Shown here: piece by piece, positions 35,288 to 47,319 of the stretch
Layout: every line of letters begins with the position of its first letter
Position numbering within the stretch: the first letter of the stretch is position 1
Assembly: GCA_023334545.1 (NCBI GenBank)
Contig: JAADVB010000029.1
Coordinates: 46,818-110,817 of the forward strand
DNA length: 64,000 nucleotides
Reading direction: 5' to 3'
Source of the DNA: Salisapilia sapeloensis CBS 127946
Lineage: Eukaryota > Protista > Oomycota
The notes under the pieces: generated by a model
What the model saw: the letters and a program-made list of their open reading frames with translations, nothing else
What the model was told of the DNA's origin: nothing
The model's database searches: none
Program-made: the position numbers and the translations under genes

Positions 35288-36784
35288 CTAGTCGTTATGA
35301 CGCACGCGTTTACCACCACGACGTAGCTGCAGCGTATCGCGTTCCTCTGCTTGCTTCGACACGAACGCTTGGGTTAAAGCAGCTAGTGCGTCGGTAGTAA
35401 CTGGCCATTGAAGAGCTGCCTTTGGATTCTGCCAGAAGAAGACACTCGTGTCGAAAGACGCAATGCGCCAACGAGTCTTTCGAATGTGCTGCTTTCCTTC
35501 GCAGTAGCCATGATCCTTTTGCTCTATGAGCAAATGGTGTTTGTTGAAGCGACTTTCGTTGAGCACACGCCATCCCTAGGATGATACAACGTTAGTAGTC
35601 GATTAATGGTAAGTGGAGGATGTGTCCTACCTCGGTGTTCTTCCAGGCAGGAATAATAACGATGAAAGCGAGAGCCTTGTCACTCTTTTCCAACAATTGA
35701 GTCATGTGATCCGCCATTCGTTTAATGAGCTTTGGCACGAACGGAGGATTCGCTTCGTAGCATCTGCATACAGAAGAGGTGAGCTATAAGTAGGTAGTAT
35801 ATGGCGCAGATACATACCCTTCACGAGGTGAGAACTCAAAGAAACTACCGACACTACCGAAGACATGGTCTGTATCTAAGAAAGCACTACAGAACGGAGC
35901 GTATCGGCAGTTGAGTGGTGAAGCAAAGCATTCCATTCGACACTCGAAGTGTTCTAAGAGGACATCAAAGCACTCTTCATTGAGTGCAGCTTGAAATCCA
36001 CCTCCATCTAGACTGTCGTAACGGAGTAGAAGACAGAAGACGGCGCTTTCGAACTGATATTTTCCTGGCGGAGTGGTGCTGTCCACATCTTGCTGACGTT
36101 CGTACAGGATGCGGAGCTTGGTGTAATGAGCTGTGCTGAGTTTGACAGAGAAATGACCGTACGAGAGCTCGACCATAGCGTCTTGCTCGGTCACTTTTAC
36201 ATGGCGCTTCTTTCCTACGACAAACGTCTGCTGTTGGAACTTTCGGAGCATCTTGTCCGATAGTTTCGTGAGCTTCTTGCATTGGCGCTTTGCTCCGGAC
36301 TTAGTGGCTCCAGCCTTGAGCAGCTCGTCTTGCAGTCCAGTAAAGTTGCTTTCTCCATGTGGAATCAACGGGTCTTTCTACTCTACCTCGTTACTCCATG
36401 CTTTTCTAAATGGTAATGATAAAAGGACTCTACCTCCGCGACGGTAAGTTGGGAAGTGAACTGCCATGTTTCCAAGACCGAGTTTGGTAATTCCGATAGT
36501 CCTAAATCTTCACCAATGCTCTTGATCTTGGCACATAAGGATCGTACAACCTGTTGTCTAGCAATTTCAAGTGACGGATGCGACTCATACGCCTCCGCTC
36601 GCTTCGCCACGCTCTTGACAATACTCGCTGGCAAGTCCATCGTAACATTTGGATTCCAAATCCCAAGTCCATCCACCTCTTCCTCTCTCTGTCTCTTTTT
36701 AGGTTGCACATCCGCCTCCTCTCTATTCGAAGACACATTGCCGGTGGCATGTGCCATCGAGTCTAGGATGTCGTCCAAGTCCAT
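35288..36784 (-). CDS. PCIF1: PCIF1/CAPAM-like cap-specific adenosine N6-methyltransferase, 4 exons
   Basis: HYTKLRILY...VFCLLLRYDSLDGGGFQAALNEECFDVL...ECFASPLNCRYAPFCSAFLDTDHVFGSVGSFF; spliced G|CYEANPPF (NPPF at 35739-35750); LAFIVIIPAW; HGYCEGKQH. Confidence 0.88.
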
Positions 36785-36939
36785 ATTCGATTGTACTGCC
36801 AATCAGGTCGTGTCATCCACTAAAACGTAGGCAATCGTTACAAATTAAGTAATAATTAAAGTGTCATCGACTGGCTGGCAGCACCTCCGACACCTTAACG
36901 ACCTAGAAGCTCATTTTGAGTTTTTGATCGCAGATCAGC

Positions 36940-38109
36940 ATGGGTCACCGAAAGTTTGAGGCTCCTCGCCACGGTCACTTGGGTTTCTTGCCCAAGAAGC
37001 GTACCAAGCACCACCGTGGTCGCGTACGCAAGTTCCCGAAGGACGACCAGTCCAAGCAGTGCCACTTGACGGCCTTCATGGGCTACAAGGCTGGTATGAC
37101 CCACGTTTTGCGTGAGGTCGACCGACCTGGCTCCAAGCTCCACAAGCGTGAAGTCGTCGAGGCTGTCAGCATCGTCGAGACGCCCCCTATGGTCGTCGTC
37201 GGTGTTGTCGGCTACCTCGAGACGCCGCGTGGCATGCGTACGCTCACGACGGTCTTCGCGGAGCACTTGAGCGAGGAGGTCAAGCGTCGCTTCTACAAGA
37301 ACTGGTACCGTTCCAAGCGCAAGGCTTTCACCAAGTACGCTAAGAAGTACCAGACGAGCCCGGCCGAGATCGAGAACGAGATCAACCGTATGAAGAAGTA
37401 CTGCCAGGTCGTCCGTGTCATTGCTCACACGCAGATCCGTAAGGTCAACCTTCGTCAGAAGAAGGCCCACGTCATGGAGATCCAGGTCAACGGTGGCTCT
37501 GTCTCCGAGAAGGTCGACTTCGCCAAGTCGCTCTTCGAGAAGCAGGTCCCGGTCTCTGCCGTCTTCGCCAAGGACGAGATGATCGACATTTCGGGTGTCA
37601 CCAAGGGTCACGGATTCGAAGGTGTTGTTACCCGTTGGGGTGTCTCCCGTCTTCCGCGTAAGACGCACCGTGGTCTCCGTAAGGTCGCCTGTATCGGTGC
37701 GTGGCACCCTGCCCGCGTTCGTTTCACCGTCCCGCGTGCCGGTCAGAACGGTTACCACCACCGTACGGAGATGAACAAGAAGATCTACCGTATTGGTGCC
37801 GCTGGCGACGCCAAGTCGTGCCAGACGGAGGCTGACCTGACGGAGAAGACGATCACGCCGCTTGGTGGCTTCCCCCACTACGGTATCGTGAACGAAGACT
37901 GGCTCATGATCAAGGGTGCCATCGTCGGTGCCAAGAAGCGTCCGTTGACGCTCCGCAAGTCCAACTTGACGCACACCAAGCGCTCTGCGTTGGAGGAGAT
38001 TAAGCTCAAGTTCATCGATACGTCGTCCAAGCTCGGCCACGGTCGTTTCCAGACCGCCGAAGAAAAGGACAAGTTCCTTGGACCGCTTGCGAGCCGCAAC
38101 CGTGCCTAA
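36940..38109 (+). CDS. RPL3: 60S ribosomal protein L3 (uL3)
   Basis: [21 protein letters not shown]...[20 protein letters not shown]...[16 protein letters not shown]; intronless; strong C-ending codon bias. Confidence 0.98.
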   Translation: MGHRKFEAPRHGHLGFLPKKRTKHHRGRVRKFPKDDQSKQCHLTAFMGYKAGMTHVLREVDRPGSKLHKREVVEAVSIVETPPMVVVGVVGYLETPRGMRTLTTVFAEHLSEEVKRRFYKNWYRSKRKAFTKYAKKYQTSPAEIENEINRMKKYCQVVRVIAHTQIRKVNLRQKKAHVMEIQVNGGSVSEKVDFAKSLFEKQVPVSAVFAKDEMIDISGVTKGHGFEGVVTRWGVSRLPRKTHRGLRKVACIGAWHPARVRFTVPRAGQNGYHHRTEMNKKIYRIGAAGDAKSCQTEADLTEKTITPLGGFPHYGIVNEDWLMIKGAIVGAKKRPLTLRKSNLTHTKRSALEEIKLKFIDTSSKLGHGRFQTAEEKDKFLGPLASRNRA

Positions 38110-38173
38110 GTCGCGAAAGAATCAAAGACCTACTGCGCTCAAACGTTGTTTTTTAATCTTTTTCTCTTTTGTT

Positions 38174-39598
38174 TTATTCGAGTTTCTTCTTTTCCAAAGG
38201 TTTTGACACGAGACTGACGTCCGTACGGAAGAGGATCATGCAGATGAGGAAGAAGAGGAGGAAGGCTGAGACGAGGAGCAAAGGTTCATGCAGCATGAAC
38301 CACTGAGGATAGTCGAATGTGACTTCGAAAGGCACATTGTGAGCACTGATCAGGTTCTCCTTACGGAGGATGATGACTGGACGACCGACCGCTGGCGTGT
38401 CGAGATACGTCTGTCGTGTCGTTCGTTCCTCGGATTCGACGCTGAAAGGAACGTTGACATGGATGTTTGTGCTGCCTTCAGGGAGGATAACCTTGACGGT
38501 CAGATCGTCCACGACTGCATCCTTAAGAGACGTAGAAAAGTCGGTCTTGAGACGGAAGGCATCGCCGACGTGCGTCAGGAGCGAGTGCGTCGGGACAGCG
38601 TAACCCAAGTAGAACTGCGTTCGCCAGCCGCCGAAAAGCGGGAAGCGAGGACGAAGCTCCAGGTCTTGGCTCGTGCTCATCGGTCGCAAACGAGACGTCG
38701 AGATGTTGCCAATCTGATCACGATAGTACACGTTGACAGCATCTTTCGGGAGCTGTGCGTGGAGCTCTTGGAACGAGTTTCCCGTGTCACCTCGGAAGGT
38801 AAAGTCGAAGCGAGAGAAGCCTCCTTCCAATCGAGCGCCAGTGTGTTCCATATCAAAGACTTCTTCCACGGACACTCGACCCCACATGGACACTTCAATC
38901 TCACGCACGAGGTTGGTGACGGTCATGAATGGCGCGTTGGACTTGAAATGGACAAGAAGGTCCTTGTTAGCGACGTTGGAAGATGCGGATACGTCTTCAT
39001 ACGGTCCGTATGTGATCGATCCACCTTTACGAACGGTCGGCTGGATCTCTGTAAAGCTCTCGACGCGACTCGATGGCAATTTGAGCTTAGTCGTCTGGGA
39101 TTTCGTGTCGTACGGACTGGAAAACGTCGGTGCGTCTTCAAAAATCACGAGCTGGTCTTCACTCTGACGGATCTGAGCTGGTAGAGGCGTCAGCATGCGT
39201 GTAAAGTACATGGTCAGCTTCATTTTCGACGACTCTCCTGCAGATACGGCAGCAGGGAGTGTGACAGCGTACTCTTGGACACCTTGGTGACGTTCCTTGG
39301 GTGTGACAGCACACGTTGTTGCATCACTCTTTGCAGTTACATACGAAAGCCTCTCACTTTTGTCCATCGGAAGTGTGAAGATATAGTCCGTGACAGGAGC
39401 ATCGGCATCAACGAACTCTATATCCACTTGCTCCCGAACAACATGCTTCGTAAGATCGAGCACACGTTTCACCTACATCTCAAAGATAAATAAAACCAAC
39501 ACCATAGAGTCACCTATATCTATTACATTGGAGTTGATAGGCACAGCTTGTACGGATGCCACAAGCACCGCAACGAGCAAGAGGAAGAGCACTCGCAT
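38174..39598 (-). CDS. RPN1: Oligosaccharyltransferase subunit ribophorin I (RPN1/OST1), 2 exons
   Basis: Signal peptide MRVLFLLLVAVLVASVQA; REIEVSMWGRVSVEE; GGFSRFDF; YYRDQIGNISTSRLR; LRPRFPLFGGWRTQF; YLDT...RP; C-terminal TM HEPLLLVSAFLLFF. Confidence 0.93.
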
Positions 39599-39731
39599 AC
39601 TTGATGCCGCGTGTTTTGGATTTAGACGTATCTCTTCCGAATGATCATTGGTCTAATATCCACCTTCTTTCTACCAATCAAAGGCGTATTGTTCTAGCCA
39701 CTCGTTCGATTGATATTTGCAAAAGTTGATA

Positions 39732-40316
39732 ATGTTGCGTCGAGTGGTCTCTAGGAGTGCGTCAGCGGCTCGACGATCTGCTGCTCGTCGATCCCAGGTT
39801 GCATGGTTCTCGGATGATGCCCCGAAGGCTAGTGAAGAGACCCCTGTCGTCGAAGATGAATTGGCGATTACGCCCAAGGTTCAGAAGGTCGTGGATCAGA
39901 TCCTCGAGCTGAACATGGTCGAGATCATGGAGCTTTCTACTGCCATTCAGGTATTTCTACTTGTACATAGAAGTTCTAGGGTGTTTTATTCATTTGCAAT
40001 GGTTGTATAGCAAAAATTCAACCTTCCGGATGTGAGTGCCATGGGTGCCATGGGTGGTGGCGGCGGAGGTGCGCCTGCTGAGGAAGCACCAAAGGAAGAG
40101 AAGACGCAGTTTGATGTGAAATTGGCCAGCTTTGACGCCAAGAGCAAGATTAAGGTCATCAAGGAAGTGCGTGCGATCACCGGTCTTGGACTGAAGGAAG
40201 CCAAGGAGCTCGTCGAGAACGTGCCGGGCGTACTAAAGAAGGACATGAAGAAGGAGGAGGCCGATGAGATTGTTGCTAAGCTAGCCGAGGTTGGTGCCGT
40301 CGTCGAACTCGAATAG
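39732..40316 (+). CDS. MRPL12: Mitochondrial ribosomal protein L7/L12 (bL12m), 2 exons
   Basis: Arg/Ser-rich presequence [15 protein letters not shown]; [36 protein letters not shown]...GAVVELE; intron at about 39951-40010. Confidence 0.92.
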
Positions 40317-40466
40317 AAAAAAAACGATACGAAACATGAACAAAACGTACTTAGACAAGTGGTTTGAGCATGCATGTGCATGTCGTATGTAGGAGATCTA
40401 TAGGAATTTGTAGCTAGAGTATAGTTAGGAGATCTCTTGCCTTTTGTATGGAGCTGACAACTAAAG

Positions 40467-42536
40467 ATGAAACGAAAGCAGGAAGATGGCGAACACGGTC
40501 CGATCGATACGAAGAAGCGGCGAAAGTGCCCGTACTTGGACACGATTAATCCACAAGTACTAGACTTTGACTTTGAAAAAGTATGCTCCGTCAGTCTGTC
40601 CGATCAGAACGTCTATGCATGTCTTGTGTGTGGCAAATACTTCACCGGACGTGGTCAAAACACGCATGCGTTCACTCATTCTGTACAAGCCGGTCACCAC
40701 GTCTTTATAAACCTTCAAAATGATCGTGTCTATTGTCTTCCAGGTACATTGCATTTTGTATTCACTACCAACCATTGATTTATACTAAGCACAGCTTTTC
40801 GATAGACAATTACGAAGTCGTGGACAACACTTTACAGCCCGTGAAGAATGCTTTGCGTCCTACTTTCTCCAAAGACGAAGTTGCAAAGTTAGATGAGAAC
40901 CGTTTGTTGTGCCAGGACGCCTTTGGTGTTTCATATCTGCCAGGTACGACCCTGTCGATCTAATCTAGTCGGTAGCATCAAGCTCATACCGTCGTTACGT
41001 AGGCTTCATCGGTCTGAACAACTTGACAAAGACAGACTACATCAATGTAGTCGTACAAGCTTTGGCACACGTACCTCCTCTTCGTGATTACTTTTTGTTA
41101 TCCTCCACCAAGGACGATGCAAAGAGGTCACCACTGGCAATCGCTTTTGGCGAATTACTGCGAAAAATGTGGAGTCCTCACAATTTCAAAAACACCATCA
41201 GTCCACATGAATTCGTACAGGAAGTGTCTGAAAGCAGTAAGAAGCGTTTTCAGATTGGAAAACAGAATGAAAGCTTTGAATTCCTTTCCTGGCTTTTAAA
41301 CGAACTCCATCGGGTACGTCTCTCATCATACTAAACATATGCCTAGTAGAAGTACTTAGTTGTGGAATGATGTAGGGACTGGGAGGAACACATAAGAAGG
41401 GTAGTAGCATCATCCACAAGTGTTTCCAAGGACTTGTGGAAGTCGAGAGTACGGACTCGGCTGAGGGAGCTGAAGAGGAGGAAGAGGAGGGCGACAATAG
41501 CAATGTTATCACAAAGAAGAACAAATCATCTTTCTTGTATGTATACATATTAATATAAGATAATAAAAGCACGACTGACAGTATCGAGGGCAATAGGCTC
41601 TTGTCACTTGATCTTCCATCCACACCTCTGTTCAAGGACTCGCAAGGCGGCAACATCATCCCGCAGGTACAATCCGGTATATATTCTTCGTACTAGCACT
41701 TCTAATGCTCGGATGCCGATAGATTCCTCTCTTTACAGTTTTGGAAAAGTATGATGGACTTCACACGACTGTAAGTTAACCTCTTCTACTTTTACAAACA
41801 TCAAGTTATTAACCTTCATATGCGATGCAGCACGTATTGCAAGATGAAAAGCGATTGAAGAAACGTTATCGGATTGAAAAACTACCTCCTTACCTCATTT
41901 TCCACGTCAAACGCTTTACACGCAACAACTTTTTCGTGGAAAAGAACCCGACGATCGTCAACTTTCCAGTGAAAAACTTGGAATTAAAAGACTATCTTCA
42001 TCTCGAACGGACAATCCCATCCAAAGAAGAGCTAGAACAAACGTACGTCCTCTAGTCTACATAATTTCCACACTACTCACACCTGCGTGTAGATCCATAT
42101 CCGACCTAAAGAAGATGCTAAAGAAAGCAGGTCAATCGTCCAAGGTACCCTCCCACTCTATGACCATCCTATCCGCTTGTCTTATTATGTTTGTAGGGAT
42201 GTACGGAGAAGTCGGATCTGGTCGATAAACTCGTAGAAGCGGCTAATCCTCCGACTAAGTACAATTTGGTCGCCAACATCTGCCATGACAGTCCCGTGAA
42301 CGCAGGTCGGGAGACCGCTGTGCGGACGAATCCTCTGACGGAGGGCAGCTACCGTGTCCATGTCCAGAACAAGGTACAACATCCATACCCACAACTACTA
42401 TCCTTTGTTCTGATCTTGTTCCTAGGCTACGGAGCAATGGTATGAGATCCAGGATTTACATGTCCAAGAGACCATGCCACAGCAGATTGGTGTCTCGGAA
42501 TCGTACATGATGATCTACGAACGGAAACTGTCGTAG
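40467..42536 (+). CDS. USP39: U4/U6.U5 tri-snRNP protein USP39/Sad1 (UBP zinc finger plus inactive USP domain), about 9 exons
   Basis: CPYLDTIN..VLDFDFEKVCSVSLS..NVYACLVCGKYFTGRG; GLNNLTKTDYINVVVQAL (Asp at the catalytic Cys position); LPPYLIFHVKRFTRNNFFVEKNPTIVNFP; KYNLVANICHD; ends SESYMMIYERKLS-TAG. Confidence 0.92.
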
Positions 42537-42579
42537 GTCTAGGATCCCAACAAAGTCTCTTTTTGAACATACATCAAGC

Positions 42580-44133
42580 CTACGCACTGATACCAAACTC
42601 ATCGTTCCACTCTTCCATCGCACGCAAACTTTCTTTCGATACACTCGGTCGCACGCGTTGTAAAGCTGCTCGAAAGTCCTGAATATGAATCGGTCGAACG
42701 TCCTTTGATGTCGCTTGGGCAAGTCGAGGACCAAGTGCTCGAATCGGACCGAGCGCTGCATCCTTACATAGGGCTTTGAGATCGCTACCAGAGTAGCCTT
42801 GTGTCGCCTGTACGACCTCGTTCATCTCTCGAGATGACATGGACCATGGCTGTGACTGCAAAAGGTGTCGAAGCAATCCTTCTCTTGATTTTGCCTCTGG
42901 GAGCGGAACTAGTACTCTACTTTAGACACGTGATGGGTGCTTATAGAGGTGGAGATACGTACCGTAGATGCGCTTTTCTAGACGCCGGATGATGGCATCG
43001 TCGAGCTCTTGTGGGAGGTTGGTGGCAGCCATGACGAGGATCCGATCGTCTTGAGATGATGCTGCACCATCTAATTCCATAAAGAACTGGTTCTTTATAC
43101 GACGACTGGCATCGTTCTCAGAGCTTGAGCGACTACCAAGCAACGCGTCGACTTCATCTAGAAAGACGACTGCCGGCTGGAGCTCTCTTGCCATTTCAAA
43201 TAAGGCTCGTACTAGTTTTTCACCTTCACCAACCCATTTGGACGTAAGTGTCGACGCAGAGATACTAGAGTGGATACATGACAGGTGGGTGGGAAGTAGG
43301 ATAAGGAGGGATGCAAAGGTATGTACTTGAAGAAAGTTGCGCTCGACTCGGTTGCTACAGCTTTTGCCAGTAGTGTTTTTCCTATTTGATGGCATCACGC
43401 TTATCGTTTCTATTAAAGTGGACGGCGGATAGCTGGTACGGTACCTGTGCCTGGAGGACCGAAGAGCAGAACGCCTCGAGGAGGTGACCGTAAGCCTGTG
43501 AAGAGGTCGGGTCGAAGGGTAGGATAGATCACAGCTTCCTATATCTCTATCAGTATCAACCTGTCTACTTTTATATGGTTGGGACGAACCTGAAGAACCT
43601 GCTTGGCCAAGTCTAAGCCGGATATGTCGTTCCAAGTGACCGCCGGCGATCGGTCCATGACTTCATCTAGAATAGTATGCGCATATTGCGTGTCCTTTCG
43701 TCTGTGTTTTGATATATTCCGATTCTCTTTGCTCTGCAAAGGTGCTTTCTAACAAGAGTGAGCTACTAGCATCTCGGACGCTCAAAGACTGCAGGCAAGT
43801 ACCTTTGTATTAGATGCCACTATATTTCGTTGTTCGTTCAGCCATTTCTTCAAGTACTCAGCTCTAGACATGTAGTCATGGATTTTGCTGCGTAGCTGTG
43901 TTTGCTCATCGCCAGATAGCTCTACGTCAGGTATAAATGGGATGTCACCTTGAAAAGGTTTAGAAGAGGTAGAGCATACGTTGCGCACAGTTCATCATCT
44001 TTTCAATCGCATTTGCATAAAGTTCGACTGCCTGATCGTATTGACCAGCTTCATCCGCTTCAATAGCATGCTGGATGGCAGTACGCATCTCGTCTTCTCG
44101 GCTGTCGCCTACTAGCGCTCGCAGGAGGAACAT
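42580..44133 (-). CDS. MIT-domain AAA ATPase of the spastin/fidgetin-like (microtubule-severing) family, multi-exon
   Basis: N-terminal MIT-like [26 protein letters not shown]; [17 protein letters not shown]; [11 protein letters not shown]; [35 protein letters not shown]; [21 protein letters not shown]; [19 protein letters not shown]. Confidence 0.85.
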
Positions 44134-44252
44134 TGCTCGTGTTTTATGCCCAATATGATCCCTTTTTGACCTTCATAAATAAGGAAAAACTTGAAATAGC
44201 CAAAATATATGATATCTCATTGCACAAATAGCAATTTTAAACCTAAAAACTA

Positions 44253-45141
44253 ATGATGCTGGGAGCTCTACGATCGACGCTGCGCTCGGCGGCAATTCAA
44301 GCGCCTCGGAATCTCTCCGTGCGCTTTGCAACAATCAATGGTACGCCATCAACTACAGAAGAAAGTATTTAGTGCGTAATAACGTTTTATTCCTCCTATG
44401 TACCGCTAGGCAATCAAGTCCGAACGGGTATGGCATTAGACCTGGATGGAAAGATTTATCGTGTCACCAAGAGCCAACACACCAAGCCTGGAAAAGGAGG
44501 CGCTTACGTCCAAGTATACCTTCCACCAATATTGCGTCGTATACGTTTATTTAGACCTTTTGTGTATCCGTGCGCAATTAGTGCGACTTGAAGGAGATCA
44601 AGACAGGCAATAGAATGAGCAAACGGTTTCGAGCGGCTGAAAGTGTGCAGAAGGCACCGCTTACGCAAGACCAATTCTTCCAGTATCTTTACTCGGACGG
44701 ATCCAACCTCGTACTAATGCACAACGACACGTTTGAACAGGTACATCAGAATGTATTGACAATGCTTTCCTCCTTCTTATTCAAATCTCCAGATGGAGTT
44801 ACCACAAGACATGTTCGAACCTCGGCAACTGGAGTTTCTCATCGAAGGCATGAACCTTTCACTCCAGATCATTGATGGCGACGTCATTTGGGCCAACATG
44901 CCAGACAATGTGACACTTGCCGTGACGGTAGCTTTGCTCTTGTTGATGTTCGCTTGTCTTGTACTGAGTATACTTGTGCCATTTTTAGAAAACGACACCC
45001 AAGGGTGTGGCAGATACAGCGCTCAGTGTCAAGGACGCGACGCTCGAGAATGGTGCAGTGGTCAAAGTCCCGCTCTTTATCGAGATCGGAAATCAGGTCA
45101 AGGTGTCGACACAGGACGGAACGTACTTGGATAAGTTGTAA
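44253..45141 (+). CDS. efp: Translation elongation factor P with N-terminal organellar (probably mitochondrial) presequence, 5 exons
   Basis: Spliced MMLGALRSTLRSAAIQAPRNLSVRFATIN|GNQVRTGMALDLDGKIYRVTKSQHTKPGKGGAYVQ|CDLKEIKTGNRMSKRFR...FQYLYSDG...MHNDTFEQ|...KDATLENGAVVKVPLFIEIGNQVKVSTQDGTYLDKL. The spliceosomal introns show it is nuclear. Confidence 0.9.
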
Positions 45142-45366
45142 GACAAGAGGATTAGAACACGTTACTCCTACCCTTGCTTCCTTTCACCCTAGAAACCTGA
45201 TCTTTTCTCGTCCTCCTCTCTTCGAAACTGAAATCTCTGGTACACAATACTTGGAAACCGTGCAAACGTGCTCCATCCCGTTGCCAGTTCCGATTCTTTC
45301 TGCCAACAGCAGGTGTGTTCGACAATCGATTTCTCATCGTTCTGCCACATTTTAAAAAAAGCGACG

Positions 45367-45618
45367 ATGGAAGATACGAATAAAGCAATTGCGACGGATC
45401 TACTGCCATCACCGGCGCCTCTGAATGATAACGCTTCTGCCCATGGCGTCGCGACGTATCTAATCCGGAAGCCGTTTGAGCAGCGGCATCGCACTGACTC
45501 GGCAGACAACGCCCTCGCACTGCAGCAGGAAAAATCACATGCAACTGAATCGAAATGTAAGGACAAGCAGCCTGACCAGGAACCAGCAAGTCAGTCCGAG
45601 GAAGCACCAGCTAGCTAA
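45367..45618 (+). CDS. Possible small hydrophilic protein (83 aa)
   Basis: ATG 45367 (MEDTNKAIATDLLP) to TAG 45618 fills an otherwise empty gap; no recognisable motif. Confidence 0.3.
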   Translation: MEDTNKAIATDLLPSPAPLNDNASAHGVATYLIRKPFEQRHRTDSADNALALQQEKSHATESKCKDKQPDQEPASQSEEAPAS

Positions 45619-45855
45619 GTACCAAGGCTGCGCGTGGCAGACCCAGCTCGGTACATCGCCGTACCCCCTTCTACCATTGCATAGATTGCGTGCTGAGACG
45701 TCGAGTTCAATAGAAACAGATAGTAAACGAAATATACTACGTGAATGTGAACCCAAGCATCCAATCTCGATAAAGTAGATCCGAGAGGGAGTACTAGATG
45801 GTCTCGTCACAGGTTATGTACCCGCCACACACTAATTCGCGAGACACTGACGAAA

Positions 45856-47190
45856 ATGTCGACCCAGCCGACGTCCTCGAGTGTCGCTGCGTCACGGTCC
45901 ACTGATCTGCATCAACGAGCAGCGGATGCCGCCAAAGTATGCCCGCACACACACTCTCTACCTATATCAGGTCTAATACCTCTGGATGTATTGTAGTTTC
46001 TAAATGCAGACAGGAAGATGTCGTCACAAGACGTTCAGGCCATGCTTCAGAAGAATGAAGCCGAGATACGTGGCTGGGCATCCCTACACAAGCAAGAACG
46101 TATGCCTCCTCTACAATCTTACCTGTGCATCCTACTAATATAGTAATAGCTCCAAAGCAACGTACGGAAGAGCATAAAGAATGGTTACGGAAGTGTATGC
46201 TGCTTCGAAAGCAAATCGGTGCTCGATTAGAAATGCTGGCTTCTCTAGCTGATAAGCAAGTGAGCGACAAGTCCAGTCCACATCAGTCACCCAATCAGTC
46301 GGCTGTTGCGAATCAAAGCCATCCAAGCCAAGCTACAGTACATACGAACAGCTATAAATCTCCACAGGCGACTGGAAATCCTCATCCAAATCCAATCAAC
46401 GCCAACAACAAAGGTACGATCAAGTAGCAGTACGTGATATTCCTCTTAGCTGATGTTATGGATAGTTCGGAGTGCCAATCCACCTCCCGCAAGCCGACAG
46501 CAGACACCAGTTCAGCCAGTAGCTACTTCCAACAATGCATCCCGGAGCTCCCAAGCGCACTCAAACGCTAACGTATCGGCCTCGATGCCCATGATGATGA
46601 CACCGCAACAGCAGCAAGCGATGATGATGATGAACAACTCTATGCGTATGGGTATGCCGATGAATATGAACATGGCTGCACCATTCATGGGGATGCAAAT
46701 GCCGAATATGTCCATGCCGATGAACACCAATACTTCCATGGGTATGTTCGATCCGAACGCTATGAATGCTTTCAACAATCCGAATGGGAATAACTCGATG
46801 GCAGGCTTCAATCCTGCCCAAGGGTTTAACATGAACCAAAACTTCCAACCGCAGACGTCGCAGGCGTTTGACGGCGGCTACCCACTCATGCAAAACCAGC
46901 AAATGGTCAATCAAATGAACAATGGATACCAAGCCATGGGTCGAAATGATACTCAGGCCATGCCGAATATGTCTTATGGCATGAATATGCCCAACCCACA
47001 GCCGATGCATATGTCCAATGGTGGGAATCGGCAGCAACAGCAGACACAGCAACCACAACGACAGCAGCTGCAGCAACAACAAGCAAGTAATAGCGAAGCG
47101 ATTCCATTTCCAGGTGACGACGCACTATCACCCGGAGATGCCTCTACTTTCTTTGATGGACTACCGGACGATGTGTTCAGTAATATATAA
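45856..47190 (+). CDS. SSXT-like (SS18/GIF) N-terminal domain plus M/N/Q/P-rich low-complexity protein, 4 exons
   Basis: Introns at 45937-45996, about 46099-46150 and about 46416-46464 give SSQDVQAMLQKNEAEI...CMLLRKQIGARLEMLASLADKQ, followed by an M/N/Q-rich tail (MMMTPQQQQAMMMMNNSMRMGMPMNMNM). Confidence 0.6.
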
Positions 47191-47319
47191 TTGAGCTGTA
47201 CACTCCCTCTCCTTCGCCTTCATGCATGTAATTACTAGATCATAGCGGACTTATCTGATTACAAGTTTCAGTACTGTCATCTCGATCCACAGTAGTCTGG
47301 AACATCATTCTGATGTAAT

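Noticed and set aside
36895-38040. 381-aa antisense ORF opposite RPL3
   Set aside because: Shadow ORF. The highly biased RPL3 codons avoid TTA, CTA and TCA, which removes antisense stops in that register; the translation has no motifs.
38288-39184. 298-aa plus-strand ORF
   Set aside because: Antisense to ribophorin I, which fully explains the region.
41000-41060. USP domain lacking the catalytic cysteine
   Set aside because: Established property of USP39/Sad1 (a pseudo-deubiquitinase); not a pseudogene and not novel.
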